From the NCBI GenBank assembly GCA_963675755.2, contig CAXXMD010000002.1, positions 1,664,001-1,728,000 of the forward strand: a stretch of 64,000 bases of DNA. The letters run 5' to 3'. The notes beneath the pieces are model-generated. The model did not search any database. It worked only from the letters and a program-made list of their open reading frames with translations, and was not told the DNA's origin. How positions within the stretch are numbered: position 1 is the stretch's first letter; each line of letters begins with the position of its first letter. The position numbers were made by a program, and so were the translations under genes. Positions 10,506-20,724 of this stretch are shown here, in pieces. This DNA comes from a bacterium. GTDB lineage: Bacteria; Zhuqueibacterota; Zhuqueibacteria; Residuimicrobiales; Krinioviventaceae.

Positions 10506-12185
10506 ATGAAAGCACAAATCTTTGCTGCACTGCTCCTGCTTTTATCGATACCTGCCTTTGCACAATTGTCACCGGGAAAACTGCACCAATCCCATGCGGA
10601 TCTGGAAGGTCTGGAAAACTGTTCCAATTGTCATCAATTTAAAAGAAAAATAAGTGCTGACAATTGCCTGGATTGCCACACAATATTAAATAATAGAATT
10701 GCATCCGGTAAGGGCCTACATGCCAACAACGAGTATAATGAATGTGAAAAATGCCATATAGAACATCAGGGCCGTGATTATGATCTGGTATACTGGCCTG
10801 ATGGAAAAGACAATTTTAAACATGAACTGACAGGATATCATCTAGAAGACAAGCATTCACAACTCAATTGCAGCCAGTGCCATCAATCCAAAAACATAAC
10901 CAACAAAGCACTGTTTCTTGAAAAGAATAAAGATTTAAATAAAACCCTGCTGGGCCTTGATCAGGATTGCCTTTCGTGCCACATGGATGAACATCGTTCT
11001 CAATTTACTCAGGAATGTACTAATTGCCATACTATGGAGGGTTGGAAGCCTGCTAATAAATTCAATCATCAAAACACAAATTTCATATTAACCGGAAAAC
11101 ACCAGCAAGTGGATTGCGGAAAATGCCACCCACAAGTCACTGACAATAAATACAATAACCATCCTTCTTTTTCAAAATACACCCATCTCGAGTATCAAAA
11201 TTGCGTCAACTGCCATCAGGATGTACATAACAACAAATTCGGTCCTAATTGCGAATCCTGCCACAATACAGCAGGATGGAAAACAGTGAACCGAAACCAG
11301 TTTGATCATAACCGTACCTCTTTCCCATTAAAAGGGAAACACATCACAACGGCTTGTGAACAGTGTCATTTACCCGGAATGCCTATTAAAATTAACCAAT
11401 ATGACAGGTGTGTTGATTGTCATACAGATTACCATAAAAACCAGTTTACCAAAATCGAACATATTGGTAATTGTGAACAATGCCACACAGAACAGGGCTT
11501 TACTCCCGCTCTTTTTACAATTGAAAAGCATAACAGTCTGAATTTCCATTTGGAGGGTAGTCATAAAGCAGTTCCTTGTATAGCCTGCCACAAAAAAACC
11601 AATACCGGCACCGACTATGAAACCATTCAATTCTATTATCCTGATAAAAAATGCAGTTCCTGCCACAAAGATCCACATAACGGTCAAGTTAACAAATTCA
11701 CCACAAAGCAGGGATGTGAAGCATGCCATTCGGTTGCCAGTTGGTATACAATCAATTTTGATCACAATCAAACAAAATTCGCTCTCGAGGGTCGTCATAA
11801 AAATGTTTCCTGCGTACAATGCCACGTGGAAGAGGATCTGTCGAACTACAAAACCTATGCATTTGTTAACCTCGCATCAGATTGCCAGTCATGTCACAAT
11901 GATGTTCACCTGGGGCAATTTCGGGAAGACCGGCTTGTAGACGGAAAAAATCACACCAACTGTGACAGATGCCATACTCCCGCAAACTGGATTGCAGAAA
12001 AGTTTGAGCACAATAGAGACGCATCATTCAAACTTGATGGTGCTCACCAGTCAGTCCCATGTAATGACTGTCATAAAGAATTATCATTAAAAGGCAACAA
12101 TTTTAGATTATATAAACCCCTGCGCTCGGATTGCAAATTCTGTCATACACCTTCTAAAAAAGTCAATGATAACGGGTCTAACTAA
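10506..12185 (+). CDS. Secreted multiheme cytochrome c, 20 CxxCH motifs
   Basis: ATG at 10506 begins signal peptide MKAQIFAALLLLLSIPAFA; 20 CxxCH counted; repeated FdH..T.F.L.G.H modules. Confidence 0.93.
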   Translation: MKAQIFAALLLLLSIPAFAQLSPGKLHQSHADLEGLENCSNCHQFKRKISADNCLDCHTILNNRIASGKGLHANNEYNECEKCHIEHQGRDYDLVYWPDGKDNFKHELTGYHLEDKHSQLNCSQCHQSKNITNKALFLEKNKDLNKTLLGLDQDCLSCHMDEHRSQFTQECTNCHTMEGWKPANKFNHQNTNFILTGKHQQVDCGKCHPQVTDNKYNNHPSFSKYTHLEYQNCVNCHQDVHNNKFGPNCESCHNTAGWKTVNRNQFDHNRTSFPLKGKHITTACEQCHLPGMPIKINQYDRCVDCHTDYHKNQFTKIEHIGNCEQCHTEQGFTPALFTIEKHNSLNFHLEGSHKAVPCIACHKKTNTGTDYETIQFYYPDKKCSSCHKDPHNGQVNKFTTKQGCEACHSVASWYTINFDHNQTKFALEGRHKNVSCVQCHVEEDLSNYKTYAFVNLASDCQSCHNDVHLGQFREDRLVDGKNHTNCDRCHTPANWIAEKFEHNRDASFKLDGAHQSVPCNDCHKELSLKGNNFRLYKPLRSDCKFCHTPSKKVNDNGSN

Positions 12186-14083
12186 TGAAAGCTGTATCTA
12201 TGAAATATTTATTATTTCTACTTTTACTGCTGAATTCAATGTTGTTAGCGGTAACCAGTCCTCATGGGGATATAAAAATACCCTGCGAAACCTGTCATAC
12301 TCCTGCTAACTGGCAGGTTGACAGGGAAACCCTGAAATTTGATCATAACAGCACAGGGTATCCGTTAACGGGTGTGCATAGCCAGACTGACTGTAAAGAT
12401 TGCCATGAAAGCTTGGTTTTTCATCAAACCGGTGTGCAATGTATGGATTGCCATACAGATATTCACCTGGGACAGTTGGGTAAAGAATGTGAATCCTGCC
12501 ATACCCCCTTAAACTGGGAAAACCGACAGGACTTGCTAAAGGACCACTCTCTATTACGCTTTCCCCTGTATGGCGCACATGAACGCATTGATTGCGACGA
12601 CTGTCACCATACCGGTTTGACAGAATACGCCAACACCCCTGTTGAATGTATCTATTGCCATGCAGATGACTATAACGCTACCCAAAATCCTGATCATAAA
12701 GAAGCACAATTTCCAACAACCTGTGATGACTGCCACCCCATACAATCTCTTTCCTGGCAAACCCGTGAATTTGATCATTCATTTTACCCTTTGACCGGTG
12801 CGCATCAAAATGTATCCTGCATGGATTGCCACCAGGGCACATATAACAATACGCCCAATACATGTTACGGCTGCCATGACACGGATTTTGCGGCTACCAG
12901 TGATCCTAACCATCAGGCATTTGGATTCGATACAGACTGTTCACAATGTCACACCACAGATACCTGGCCCCGGACTGACTTTGACCACTATCAGACATCC
13001 GGTTTTGAATTGATTGGCGTACACCAGACATTACAATGCAGTCAATGCCATATTAACAATAAAGTGACCGGATTACAAAGGGATTGTTATGGCTGCCATT
13101 TAACAGATTATAATTCCGTCAAAGAACCTGACCATCAACTTGGCCAATATCCTCACGAATGTACAATGTGCCATAACGAGAATACCTGGAGCCCTGCAAC
13201 ATTTGATCATAACCAGACCGGATTTCCCCTTACCGGTTCTCACCAGGCTGTTGAATGCACAGATTGTCACGAAAATAATGTTTATGCCGGCACCCCCTCA
13301 GATTGTTACTCGTGTCACGAACCGGACTTCAAGTCGGCAACCGAACCCAATCACGTCACCGGCAATTTTGATCATACGTGCACCATCTGTCATTCCACAA
13401 CCGCGTGGTCGCCTGCAACTTTTGATCATAACCAGACAGGATTTCCCCTTACCGGTGCTCACCAGGCTGTTGAATGTTCGGATTGCCATGAAAACAACGT
13501 TTATGCCGGTACACCTTCAGATTGCTACTCGTGTCACGAACCGGAATTTAAATCCGTGACCGAACCCAATCACGTCACCGGTAATTTTGATCACGTGTGC
13601 ACCATCTGTCACTCCACAACCGCGTGGTCGCCAGCAACATTTGATCATAACCTGACGAATTTTCCGCTTACCGGAGCGCACACAACAGCAGCTTGTCTGG
13701 ATTGCCATGAGAACGGTTATACCAATACACCATCGGATTGTTTTTTCTGTCATGAAACCGAGTACAACAATACAACAGATCCCAATCATAAAGCTTCTCA
13801 ATTCCCTGTTACCTGTCAGGATTGTCACAATACAAACAACTGGGAGCAAACCACCTGGGACCATGATGCCCGGTATTTCCCGATATATTCCGGCGAGCAT
13901 CGCGGAGAATGGGATGCCTGCTCTGACTGTCACACCAATTCATCAAATTATACCGCATTTGAATGCATCAACTGCCATGCGCATCAAAAATCTGAAATGG
14001 ACAACGAACATGATGAAGTAAGAAATTATCAATATCTAAGTACGGCTTGTTATAATTGTCATCCAAATGGGAAAGAAGATTAA
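12185..14083 (+). CDS. Secreted multiheme cytochrome c, 25 CxxCH motifs
   Basis: Signal peptide; 25 CxxCH counted; TAATG overlap with both neighbours. Confidence 0.93.
   Translation: MKAVSMKYLLFLLLLLNSMLLAVTSPHGDIKIPCETCHTPANWQVDRETLKFDHNSTGYPLTGVHSQTDCKDCHESLVFHQTGVQCMDCHTDIHLGQLGKECESCHTPLNWENRQDLLKDHSLLRFPLYGAHERIDCDDCHHTGLTEYANTPVECIYCHADDYNATQNPDHKEAQFPTTCDDCHPIQSLSWQTREFDHSFYPLTGAHQNVSCMDCHQGTYNNTPNTCYGCHDTDFAATSDPNHQAFGFDTDCSQCHTTDTWPRTDFDHYQTSGFELIGVHQTLQCSQCHINNKVTGLQRDCYGCHLTDYNSVKEPDHQLGQYPHECTMCHNENTWSPATFDHNQTGFPLTGSHQAVECTDCHENNVYAGTPSDCYSCHEPDFKSATEPNHVTGNFDHTCTICHSTTAWSPATFDHNQTGFPLTGAHQAVECSDCHENNVYAGTPSDCYSCHEPEFKSVTEPNHVTGNFDHVCTICHSTTAWSPATFDHNLTNFPLTGAHTTAACLDCHENGYTNTPSDCFFCHETEYNNTTDPNHKASQFPVTCQDCHNTNNWEQTTWDHDARYFPIYSGEHRGEWDACSDCHTNSSNYTAFECINCHAHQKSEMDNEHDEVRNYQYLSTACYNCHPNGKED
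13187..13650 (+). repeat. Intragenic 219-bp (73-aa, three-heme) tandem repeat
   Basis: WSPATFDHN begins at 13187, 13406 and 13625; the first two units are nearly identical in DNA and protein. Confidence 0.9.
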
Positions 14084-14886
14084 TGAAAACAGCATTTAAA
14101 ATCTTGATTTTCCTCAGTATTCCTGCAGCATTTATTATCAATTCTGTGCACTCGGAAGACATACCCCACAAGGAATTGAAACTGGAATGCAGCAATTGTC
14201 ACCTGACAGAAAACTGGAATACCATTACCTTTGACCACAAGTCAACACGATTTCCACTGGATGGCAGGCACCAAAACCTGGAGTGCGTTGACTGCCACAA
14301 TCTTGAGGATTTTTCACAAATCAGGATGGAATGCAAACAATGTCACCTCGATGTGCACCAGGGGAAATTAACATATTCCTGTGACCAGTGTCATACAACT
14401 CTGGGGTGGCAGGTCAAAGATATTTTCAAAGTCCATGCCAATACAACATTCCCGGTACTGGGCGCGCACAGTCGTTTGGATTGCGATGCCTGTCATAAAT
14501 CAGAGATTGTGGGTGAATTTACCCGAATTCAATCCGATTGTTATACCTGCCATGAACAGGATTACAAAAACACGACTGATCCCTCACACCAGAATTTTGG
14601 ATTCAATCACAGATGCGAAGATTGCCACAGTATGCTTGCCTGGCTTCCGGCAATGTTTGCCGAGCACGAATCCCGCTTCCCCATCTCTTCCGGTGCGCAT
14701 GCGGGTGAATGGGAAAATTGCAATATCTGCCATACCAATCCCGGTAATTTCCAGATATTCAGTTGCCTCAACTGTCACGAGCATAATCAATCCAGTATGG
14801 TTGGGGAACATGATGAAATAAGTGGATTCAGCTATAATAGTGATGCGTGTTACCGTTGTCATCATGATGGCAAAGCGGAGGATTAA
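14083..14886 (+). CDS. Secreted decaheme cytochrome c, 10 CxxCH motifs
   Basis: ATG at 14083 (MKTAFKILIFLSIPAAFII); 10 CxxCH; N- and C-termini resemble those of the 25-heme protein (CYRCHHDGKAED vs CYNCHPNGKED). Confidence 0.92.
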   Translation: MKTAFKILIFLSIPAAFIINSVHSEDIPHKELKLECSNCHLTENWNTITFDHKSTRFPLDGRHQNLECVDCHNLEDFSQIRMECKQCHLDVHQGKLTYSCDQCHTTLGWQVKDIFKVHANTTFPVLGAHSRLDCDACHKSEIVGEFTRIQSDCYTCHEQDYKNTTDPSHQNFGFNHRCEDCHSMLAWLPAMFAEHESRFPISSGAHAGEWENCNICHTNPGNFQIFSCLNCHEHNQSSMVGEHDEISGFSYNSDACYRCHHDGKAED

Positions 14887-14888
14887 TC

Positions 14889-16487
14889 ATGAATTTTATA
14901 AAAAATATTATTTTCTTTTTGATTTTGGTTTCCATTTCGAGTATTTCCGCGCAAGTTTCTGTTAAGGACTTTACCATTAAATATATCTCGAATGAAAACA
15001 TTTATATTGATGGCGGTAATTTAGATGGACTTGCAGTTGGAGATACAATAATCGTAATGCGCAAAAACACCCGAATAGCGGTCATGACGATTAATTACAC
15101 AGCAGATCATTCAGCGGCATGTACAATTGTATCTGAAAATATTAAAGTTCAGCAGGGAGACTTGGCAAGACCGTTGGTTCTACGTCAACAGGAAAAATCC
15201 GAAACCGTGTCCCCTCCGCTCAAGACAAGAAAAACCACGCTGCGACAAAAGACCCAGACAAAACAAAATGAAATGAGAATCAGAGGCAGCGTTTCTTTGC
15301 AATGGTACCATTTTGAGGACATGTCTGAAGGGAATTTCAGTTTTGATCAACCGGGTGGGCGATTAAATCTAAGAATGCAGAATGTATTCACCAAAAACCT
15401 GAATTTCAGGATCAAGACCAAAAGCCGCTATAACAAACGAATGACCCATCTAAGCGGTACAACAGCCAAAAACGAATGGCGTAACCGCATTTATACCGTC
15501 AGTTTGAGCTTTGATGATGAAAATGCAGCAATTAACTATAAACTGGGACGTATCATCTCGAATAAATTTAGCGGCATCGGTTATATAGACGGTGCATTGG
15601 TTCAACACAATGCAACCGAAAATCTGCGCTATGGTGCTTTTGCCGGTACGCAGCCCCAGTGGCAATATGCAGATTTCCAAACATCTATACAAAAATATGG
15701 TGCATATATTAATTATTTACAGGGCCAATATGGAGGCAAGCGATTTGAATCTACCCTGGCCGCTGCGGGAGAATATCATGGCGCGGAAGTCAGCCGCGAG
15801 TTTGTCTATCTGCAAAACAGCTATTCTTCTCAACATTTTAATCTCTATAGCAGTGCAGAGCTCGATGTAAACCGTGACTGGCGCAAAGATAAAAGCGGCG
15901 AAAATATATCCCTCACCAATCTTTATCTCAACTTTTCTTATACAATTACCCAAAGCATTACAACGGGATTGAGTTTTGACGACCGGAAAAATTATTATAC
16001 ATACGAAATCCGTTCTGTTGCAGACAGCCTGTTTGATGATGCCATGCGCTACGGGGCCCGCTGGAACCTGAATCTCCGTTTGCCGGGCAATTATCGGGTG
16101 TATGCCAACGCAGGCGTACGTGCCAGAGAAACCGATACGGAAAATACATATTCTGGGGCATTGGGCGTCAGTAAAAACAATATTACTGATCACAACCTGT
16201 ATGTGAATTTTTATGGATCAGGATTTCAAAATTATTTTTCGACAGGATTTAATGTATCTTTAAGAATGGGCAAATACTTTAGGGCCGGACACAATGTAAA
16301 CATGAGTTATGGAAACTATTCGTATGTGTTGAGCACAACCAATACGACACGTTCTAATCACTGGCTGCGTTTAAACGGAAATTTACAAATTTTCAGACAC
16401 ATTTATCTCGATGAGAATTATGAATATATCTGGGGATCCGATTCACCAGGACACCGGATATATATTGAAATGGGTTACCGATTCTAG
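14889..16487 (+). CDS. Putative outer-membrane beta-barrel (porin) with N-terminal soluble domain
   Basis: Signal peptide, alternating amphipathic beta-strands rich in Tyr/Gly/Asn, C-terminal IEMGYRF barrel signature. Confidence 0.75.
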   Translation: MNFIKNIIFFLILVSISSISAQVSVKDFTIKYISNENIYIDGGNLDGLAVGDTIIVMRKNTRIAVMTINYTADHSAACTIVSENIKVQQGDLARPLVLRQQEKSETVSPPLKTRKTTLRQKTQTKQNEMRIRGSVSLQWYHFEDMSEGNFSFDQPGGRLNLRMQNVFTKNLNFRIKTKSRYNKRMTHLSGTTAKNEWRNRIYTVSLSFDDENAAINYKLGRIISNKFSGIGYIDGALVQHNATENLRYGAFAGTQPQWQYADFQTSIQKYGAYINYLQGQYGGKRFESTLAAAGEYHGAEVSREFVYLQNSYSSQHFNLYSSAELDVNRDWRKDKSGENISLTNLYLNFSYTITQSITTGLSFDDRKNYYTYEIRSVADSLFDDAMRYGARWNLNLRLPGNYRVYANAGVRARETDTENTYSGALGVSKNNITDHNLYVNFYGSGFQNYFSTGFNVSLRMGKYFRAGHNVNMSYGNYSYVLSTTNTTRSNHWLRLNGNLQIFRHIYLDENYEYIWGSDSPGHRIYIEMGYRF

Positions 16488-16513
16488 TTTTATTACGCTG
16501 ATTATTAAACAGG

Positions 16514-17842
16514 ATGTACACTATGGAATCACTTTTTATATGGATAGCAGCAATACTTTTAATGGGGATTGTATTCATCCCCTATTTTATAAAATTCCGT
16601 AAACAACAAAAAGCGGATTTTGACAGACACCAGGAAGCGGTTTCTTTGGGAGCAGATAAACCCATAGCGCAATTCCCGCAAATCGATCTCATGCGATGCT
16701 TTGGGTGCGGTTCTTGTGTAAGAGCGTGTCCTGAAGGAGATGTCTTGGGTGTTGTAATGGGCAAATCCACTGTAATCAACGGATTAAAATGCGTGGGGCA
16801 TGCGCGTTGCGCTGAAGCGTGCCTGGTCAATGCCATAACCGTAGGACTGGGTGACATTAAACAACGGGATGACATTCCCGTTATGGATGATTATAATGAA
16901 ACCTCGATTCCGGGAATATACATAGCCGGAGAACTGGGTGGATTGGCGCTTATTAAAAACGCCATTGGGCAAGGCAGAAAGGTGATTGAAAAGATTGCGT
17001 CATCCCTTTCACAACAGGATGATATTCTGGATGTCATCATTGTCGGTGCAGGGCCTGCGGGAATCAGCGCCGCGTTGACTGCCATTCAGCACAGACTCTC
17101 TTATCTGATCCTTGATCAACAGGGTTTTGGGGGTACAATATTGCAATATCCCCGCAAAAAAGTGGTCATGACCCATCCCGTAGAAATACCGCTTTACGGC
17201 TGGTTAAATAACAGTGAATACACAAAAGAAGAACTGCTTGCAATCTGGGACGATATTCATCAACAGTATCATTTAAACATTAAAATCGGTGAAAAATTAG
17301 AGCATGTAACCCGGCATGATGGGTATTTTAATATCAGAACGCAGAACGGAAGCTTTCGGGCACAGCGGATTGTTCTGGCACTGGGACGCCGTGGCACGCC
17401 CAGAAAACTGGGTGTCCCCGGAGAAGAGTTGTCCAAAGTCATGTATAAACTGGTTGATGCCGAAAGCTTTCAAAATAACCATATTCTGGTTGTGGGTGGT
17501 GGTGACAGTGCCATTGAGGCTGCTGTAGGCCTTGCCATGCAGCCCGGCAATACCGTAACTATCTCTTATCGCAAATCTAAATTTTTTAGATTAAAAAAGA
17601 AAAACCAGCACAATATAGACCAACTTGTTAATGACGGCAAGGTTAATATAATCTTTGATTCAAATGTAAAAGAAATTAATACAGATTCTGTATTCGTGCA
17701 AACGGATAAAGAAATAATTCAACTCGACAATGATTATATATTGATCTTTGCCGGGGGTGAACCGCCATTCAAGCTGTTAAAGGATATGGGCATTACCTTT
17801 GGCGGCAGTGAAAAAGCAGAGGTATTACGGGAGGTTTTTTAA
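16514..17842 (+). CDS. Membrane-anchored 4Fe-4S dicluster + FAD/NAD(P)-dependent oxidoreductase (thioredoxin-reductase fold)
   Basis: N-terminal TM helix; CFGCGSCVRACP and CVGHARCAEAC; GAGPAG FAD motif; VGGGDSA NAD(P) motif. Confidence 0.88.
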   Translation: MYTMESLFIWIAAILLMGIVFIPYFIKFRKQQKADFDRHQEAVSLGADKPIAQFPQIDLMRCFGCGSCVRACPEGDVLGVVMGKSTVINGLKCVGHARCAEACLVNAITVGLGDIKQRDDIPVMDDYNETSIPGIYIAGELGGLALIKNAIGQGRKVIEKIASSLSQQDDILDVIIVGAGPAGISAALTAIQHRLSYLILDQQGFGGTILQYPRKKVVMTHPVEIPLYGWLNNSEYTKEELLAIWDDIHQQYHLNIKIGEKLEHVTRHDGYFNIRTQNGSFRAQRIVLALGRRGTPRKLGVPGEELSKVMYKLVDAESFQNNHILVVGGGDSAIEAAVGLAMQPGNTVTISYRKSKFFRLKKKNQHNIDQLVNDGKVNIIFDSNVKEINTDSVFVQTDKEIIQLDNDYILIFAGGEPPFKLLKDMGITFGGSEKAEVLREVF

Positions 17843-17920
17843 GCGGGATTAACTCACTCCTACACTTGCTCAATAGAAATATTCACTAAATTTTATTTAC
17901 TGATGACTGAGAACTTGAAT

Positions 17921-17964
17921 CCTTCCTTCAATACTCTGCCTGTTGCATATACCTGGGTACTGTT
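17921..17964. repeat. Strongly decayed copy of the insert found in the tRNA-linked repeat
   Basis: ccttcaatactctgcctgttgcatatacctggg aligns with ccttcgatactctgcatgcggcagatactcagg at about 24682 and 24974. Confidence 0.55.
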
Positions 17965-18023
17965 ATTCTATAATTTGCGCACCACCTATTTGGCTGCTCT
18001 TACAAATCATTTGAAAATTTTCC

Positions 18024-20120
18024 TTATTTCAATAATAAACATTTTTCTATTTTTTGAAAACCATTTGCTTTCATTTTTATAAAATATGTTCCGGAAGGAT
18101 AAACAGATGCATTCCACATAATACGATAATAACCTGCAGGTGTCTCTTTATTATAGATTATCTCAACAAGCTGCCCTTGAATATTATAAATCGAAATTTG
18201 TATGTCAGACAACTGTGGAACTGAAAAATGGATTTGAGTTTCAGGATTGAATGGATTCGGGTAATTTTTTTCCAAAGCATATTCAAAGGGTAAACTTTTA
18301 ATTTCACTATCAACGAATGTAATTACTTCAAACAAGGGTCGTTTCCAGACACTTCCAAATTGAGTTCCAGCATAAATATTTAAATCTGAAATTACAAGAG
18401 ATTGCACACGTTGACGAAAAAAATCTGCACCAGTGGAAATATCCATCCATGATTCCCCAGAGTCAGTCGAAAGAAAAACACCATTAGCGGTTCCGAGAAA
18501 CAGATTGGTACCTGATGAAACAAAAGAACTTGTATGAAAATTGGTTAAACCAGTATTAACTTGAGTCCAGGTAACTCCCTTATCAGCAGAACGATATATA
18601 CCACATCCATCAGCAGTAGCTACAAACAGGTAAGAATTTAAAACAATTAACGATTCGACAAGTTCGCAAGTTATACCTGTATTTATTGTTGACCAGGTTT
18701 CACCCCTGTCGGTTGTCAGCAAAACACCTCCTCCATCAGTTCCTACAAAAAGATGAGAATCCATTACAGCTAACGAAGTAACAAAATAATTAGACATACC
18801 ATAACTTATATTTTCCCAGGTATCGCCGTTATTTTTGGAAAGATACACACCTTTGGTAGTAGTTCCGGCAAATAGCATTGAATCCATAACAACCAGAGAA
18901 TTAATTGTAGATTGCTCTAAGCCGTTGTTTAATTTTTCCCAAGAAGAACCATTTAGCATTGACCGATAAACAAAACAACCGCTGGTTGCAACAAAAATAT
19001 TTGAATCTTTGACTGCAAAATCTTTAATTCTTAAACAATCCAGTCCCAAACTGGTCACATCCCAGAAATCGCCTTTATTAAAAGAAGTAAAAATGCCTCC
19101 AGACTCTGTTCCCGCAAAAAGCAATGAATCTGTGGCAGCCAATGCAACAATTGAATGCATTTGTAATCCTTGATTCACAGTCTCCCATGTAGCGCCAGCA
19201 TCAGTGGACAATAATACACCCACATTTTCGGTTCCGGCTAACAGATTGGTATCAATAATACTTAGAGCCTGAATTTTATCATATGCAAACCCCGTATCAA
19301 AAGTTGTCCAAGAATCTCCATTATTTTCTGATGATAAAATTTCCCCTCTGGCTGTACCGGCAAAAATAGTAGAATCCTTAACAACCATACACTCGATTGA
19401 GGGTTTCATTGTTCCTGAATGTAATGCTTGCCATGATACACCATTGTCTGTGGAACGAAAAATACCTTCAAAAGTCCCTGCATATATAGTTGTATCAGAG
19501 TTTATTAAACAACGTATATGATCTGCCCATATACCATTGTTAGAGTTTTCCCAGGATTCACCATTGTCTGTCGATACAAAGATGCCATTGCCATGACTAC
19601 CGGCAAAAATAATAGTATCCAGAACTGCAATTGTATTAATACGGGTATTGGTTAATCCTGTATTCACCTCTTCCCAGGAATTCCCCTTATCCGCAGAACG
19701 AAAAATGCCTCCTCCATAGGTTCCTGCAAATAACATTGTATCATACACTACAAGCGTACGAACATCCAGCTCTGTCAAGCCAGAACTTGCATGAGTCCAT
19801 GTTGTACCATTATCCGATGAATAATATATACCATCATGCCCTGTTCCCGCAAACAAGATTGAATCTAAAAAAACAATCGTATTTACATCCTGCATTAGAT
19901 ATTCGGGACTCGTCTTGCTCCAGGATTTGGCATTATTTGTAGACAGAAAAACACCGTCACCATGAGTGCCAATAAAAATGTTTGTATCGGAAACAGCAAA
20001 GGCTCTTACATCTCCACCAAAGGGTCCGTTTGTCTGCAACCATTGAGAATAACTGGTATTAAAAATTGCACCTATAAACAGGAGAAAAAAGCAAAAGATA
20101 AAAAAATAAGCTTTTTGCAC
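18024..20120 (-). CDS. Secreted BNR/Asp-box beta-propeller protein with C-terminal sorting (T9SS-type) domain
   Basis: GTG start, signal peptide, about 14 repeats of FAGT..G.F.S.D.G.TW, C-terminal NYPNPFNP...YNIQGQLV...LLLK. Confidence 0.85.
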   Translation of the reverse strand: MQKAYFFIFCFFLLFIGAIFNTSYSQWLQTNGPFGGDVRAFAVSDTNIFIGTHGDGVFLSTNNAKSWSKTSPEYLMQDVNTIVFLDSILFAGTGHDGIYYSSDNGTTWTHASSGLTELDVRTLVVYDTMLFAGTYGGGIFRSADKGNSWEEVNTGLTNTRINTIAVLDTIIFAGSHGNGIFVSTDNGESWENSNNGIWADHIRCLINSDTTIYAGTFEGIFRSTDNGVSWQALHSGTMKPSIECMVVKDSTIFAGTARGEILSSENNGDSWTTFDTGFAYDKIQALSIIDTNLLAGTENVGVLLSTDAGATWETVNQGLQMHSIVALAATDSLLFAGTESGGIFTSFNKGDFWDVTSLGLDCLRIKDFAVKDSNIFVATSGCFVYRSMLNGSSWEKLNNGLEQSTINSLVVMDSMLFAGTTTKGVYLSKNNGDTWENISYGMSNYFVTSLAVMDSHLFVGTDGGGVLLTTDRGETWSTINTGITCELVESLIVLNSYLFVATADGCGIYRSADKGVTWTQVNTGLTNFHTSSFVSSGTNLFLGTANGVFLSTDSGESWMDISTGADFFRQRVQSLVISDLNIYAGTQFGSVWKRPLFEVITFVDSEIKSLPFEYALEKNYPNPFNPETQIHFSVPQLSDIQISIYNIQGQLVEIIYNKETPAGYYRIMWNASVYPSGTYFIKMKANGFQKIEKCLLLK

Positions 20121-20215
20121 TTATTACTCCCAATTTGTAAAAATATCAAAATGTGTATTTTAAAACAAAAAAAGGCATGTTTTATATTTCATGATAAACA
20201 ATAATCAAACTAGTC

Positions 20216-20335
20216 GAGTCCGGACTAAAGGGCGATACACTTAAAGCTAGCCCGGCCCTTCGAAACTCTGCCTACGGCATATACTCAGGGCCCGTTTTCT
20301 CCTAAAACGTTAAAAGGCCGCTTAATTAATGAACC
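20216..20335. repeat. Degenerate copy of the long tRNA-linked repeat unit
   Basis: gagtccggac...gcgatacact...cccggcccttcgaaactctgcctacggcatatactcagg...cctaaaacgttaaaaggccgc aligns over about 110 nt with the unit at about 24641-24745. Confidence 0.75.
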
Positions 20336-20724
20336 TTGATTAAATATCCCCAAAGGTTGAATTTTCAAACTTTTAATAAAATCTTGAATCCATGATATGA
20401 GCTGAAGAAAATGAAATAGATCAAGATGTAATCATTTAAAAACCAGTGTTTTAAGGGATTTCTAAATCAGGATATCATTATCCTAATAGTATCAGCAAGT
20501 CTTGCGAATACATAAAGTTTGTATTTCTCTGATAAAATACGAAGCTCGAGTTTTTTGGATTTCAAATTATATTCCGGAATTAATATGCATATTTATTTGT
20601 ATATTGATGTATACCAAAGGGCTCAACACGAATTTTCACACTGGACATTAATTTTGCGTTGCGGTATTATGTCGCCATTCACGCCTGTTAACATTCATGT
20701 TATATAGTTGAATCAAATTAACAT

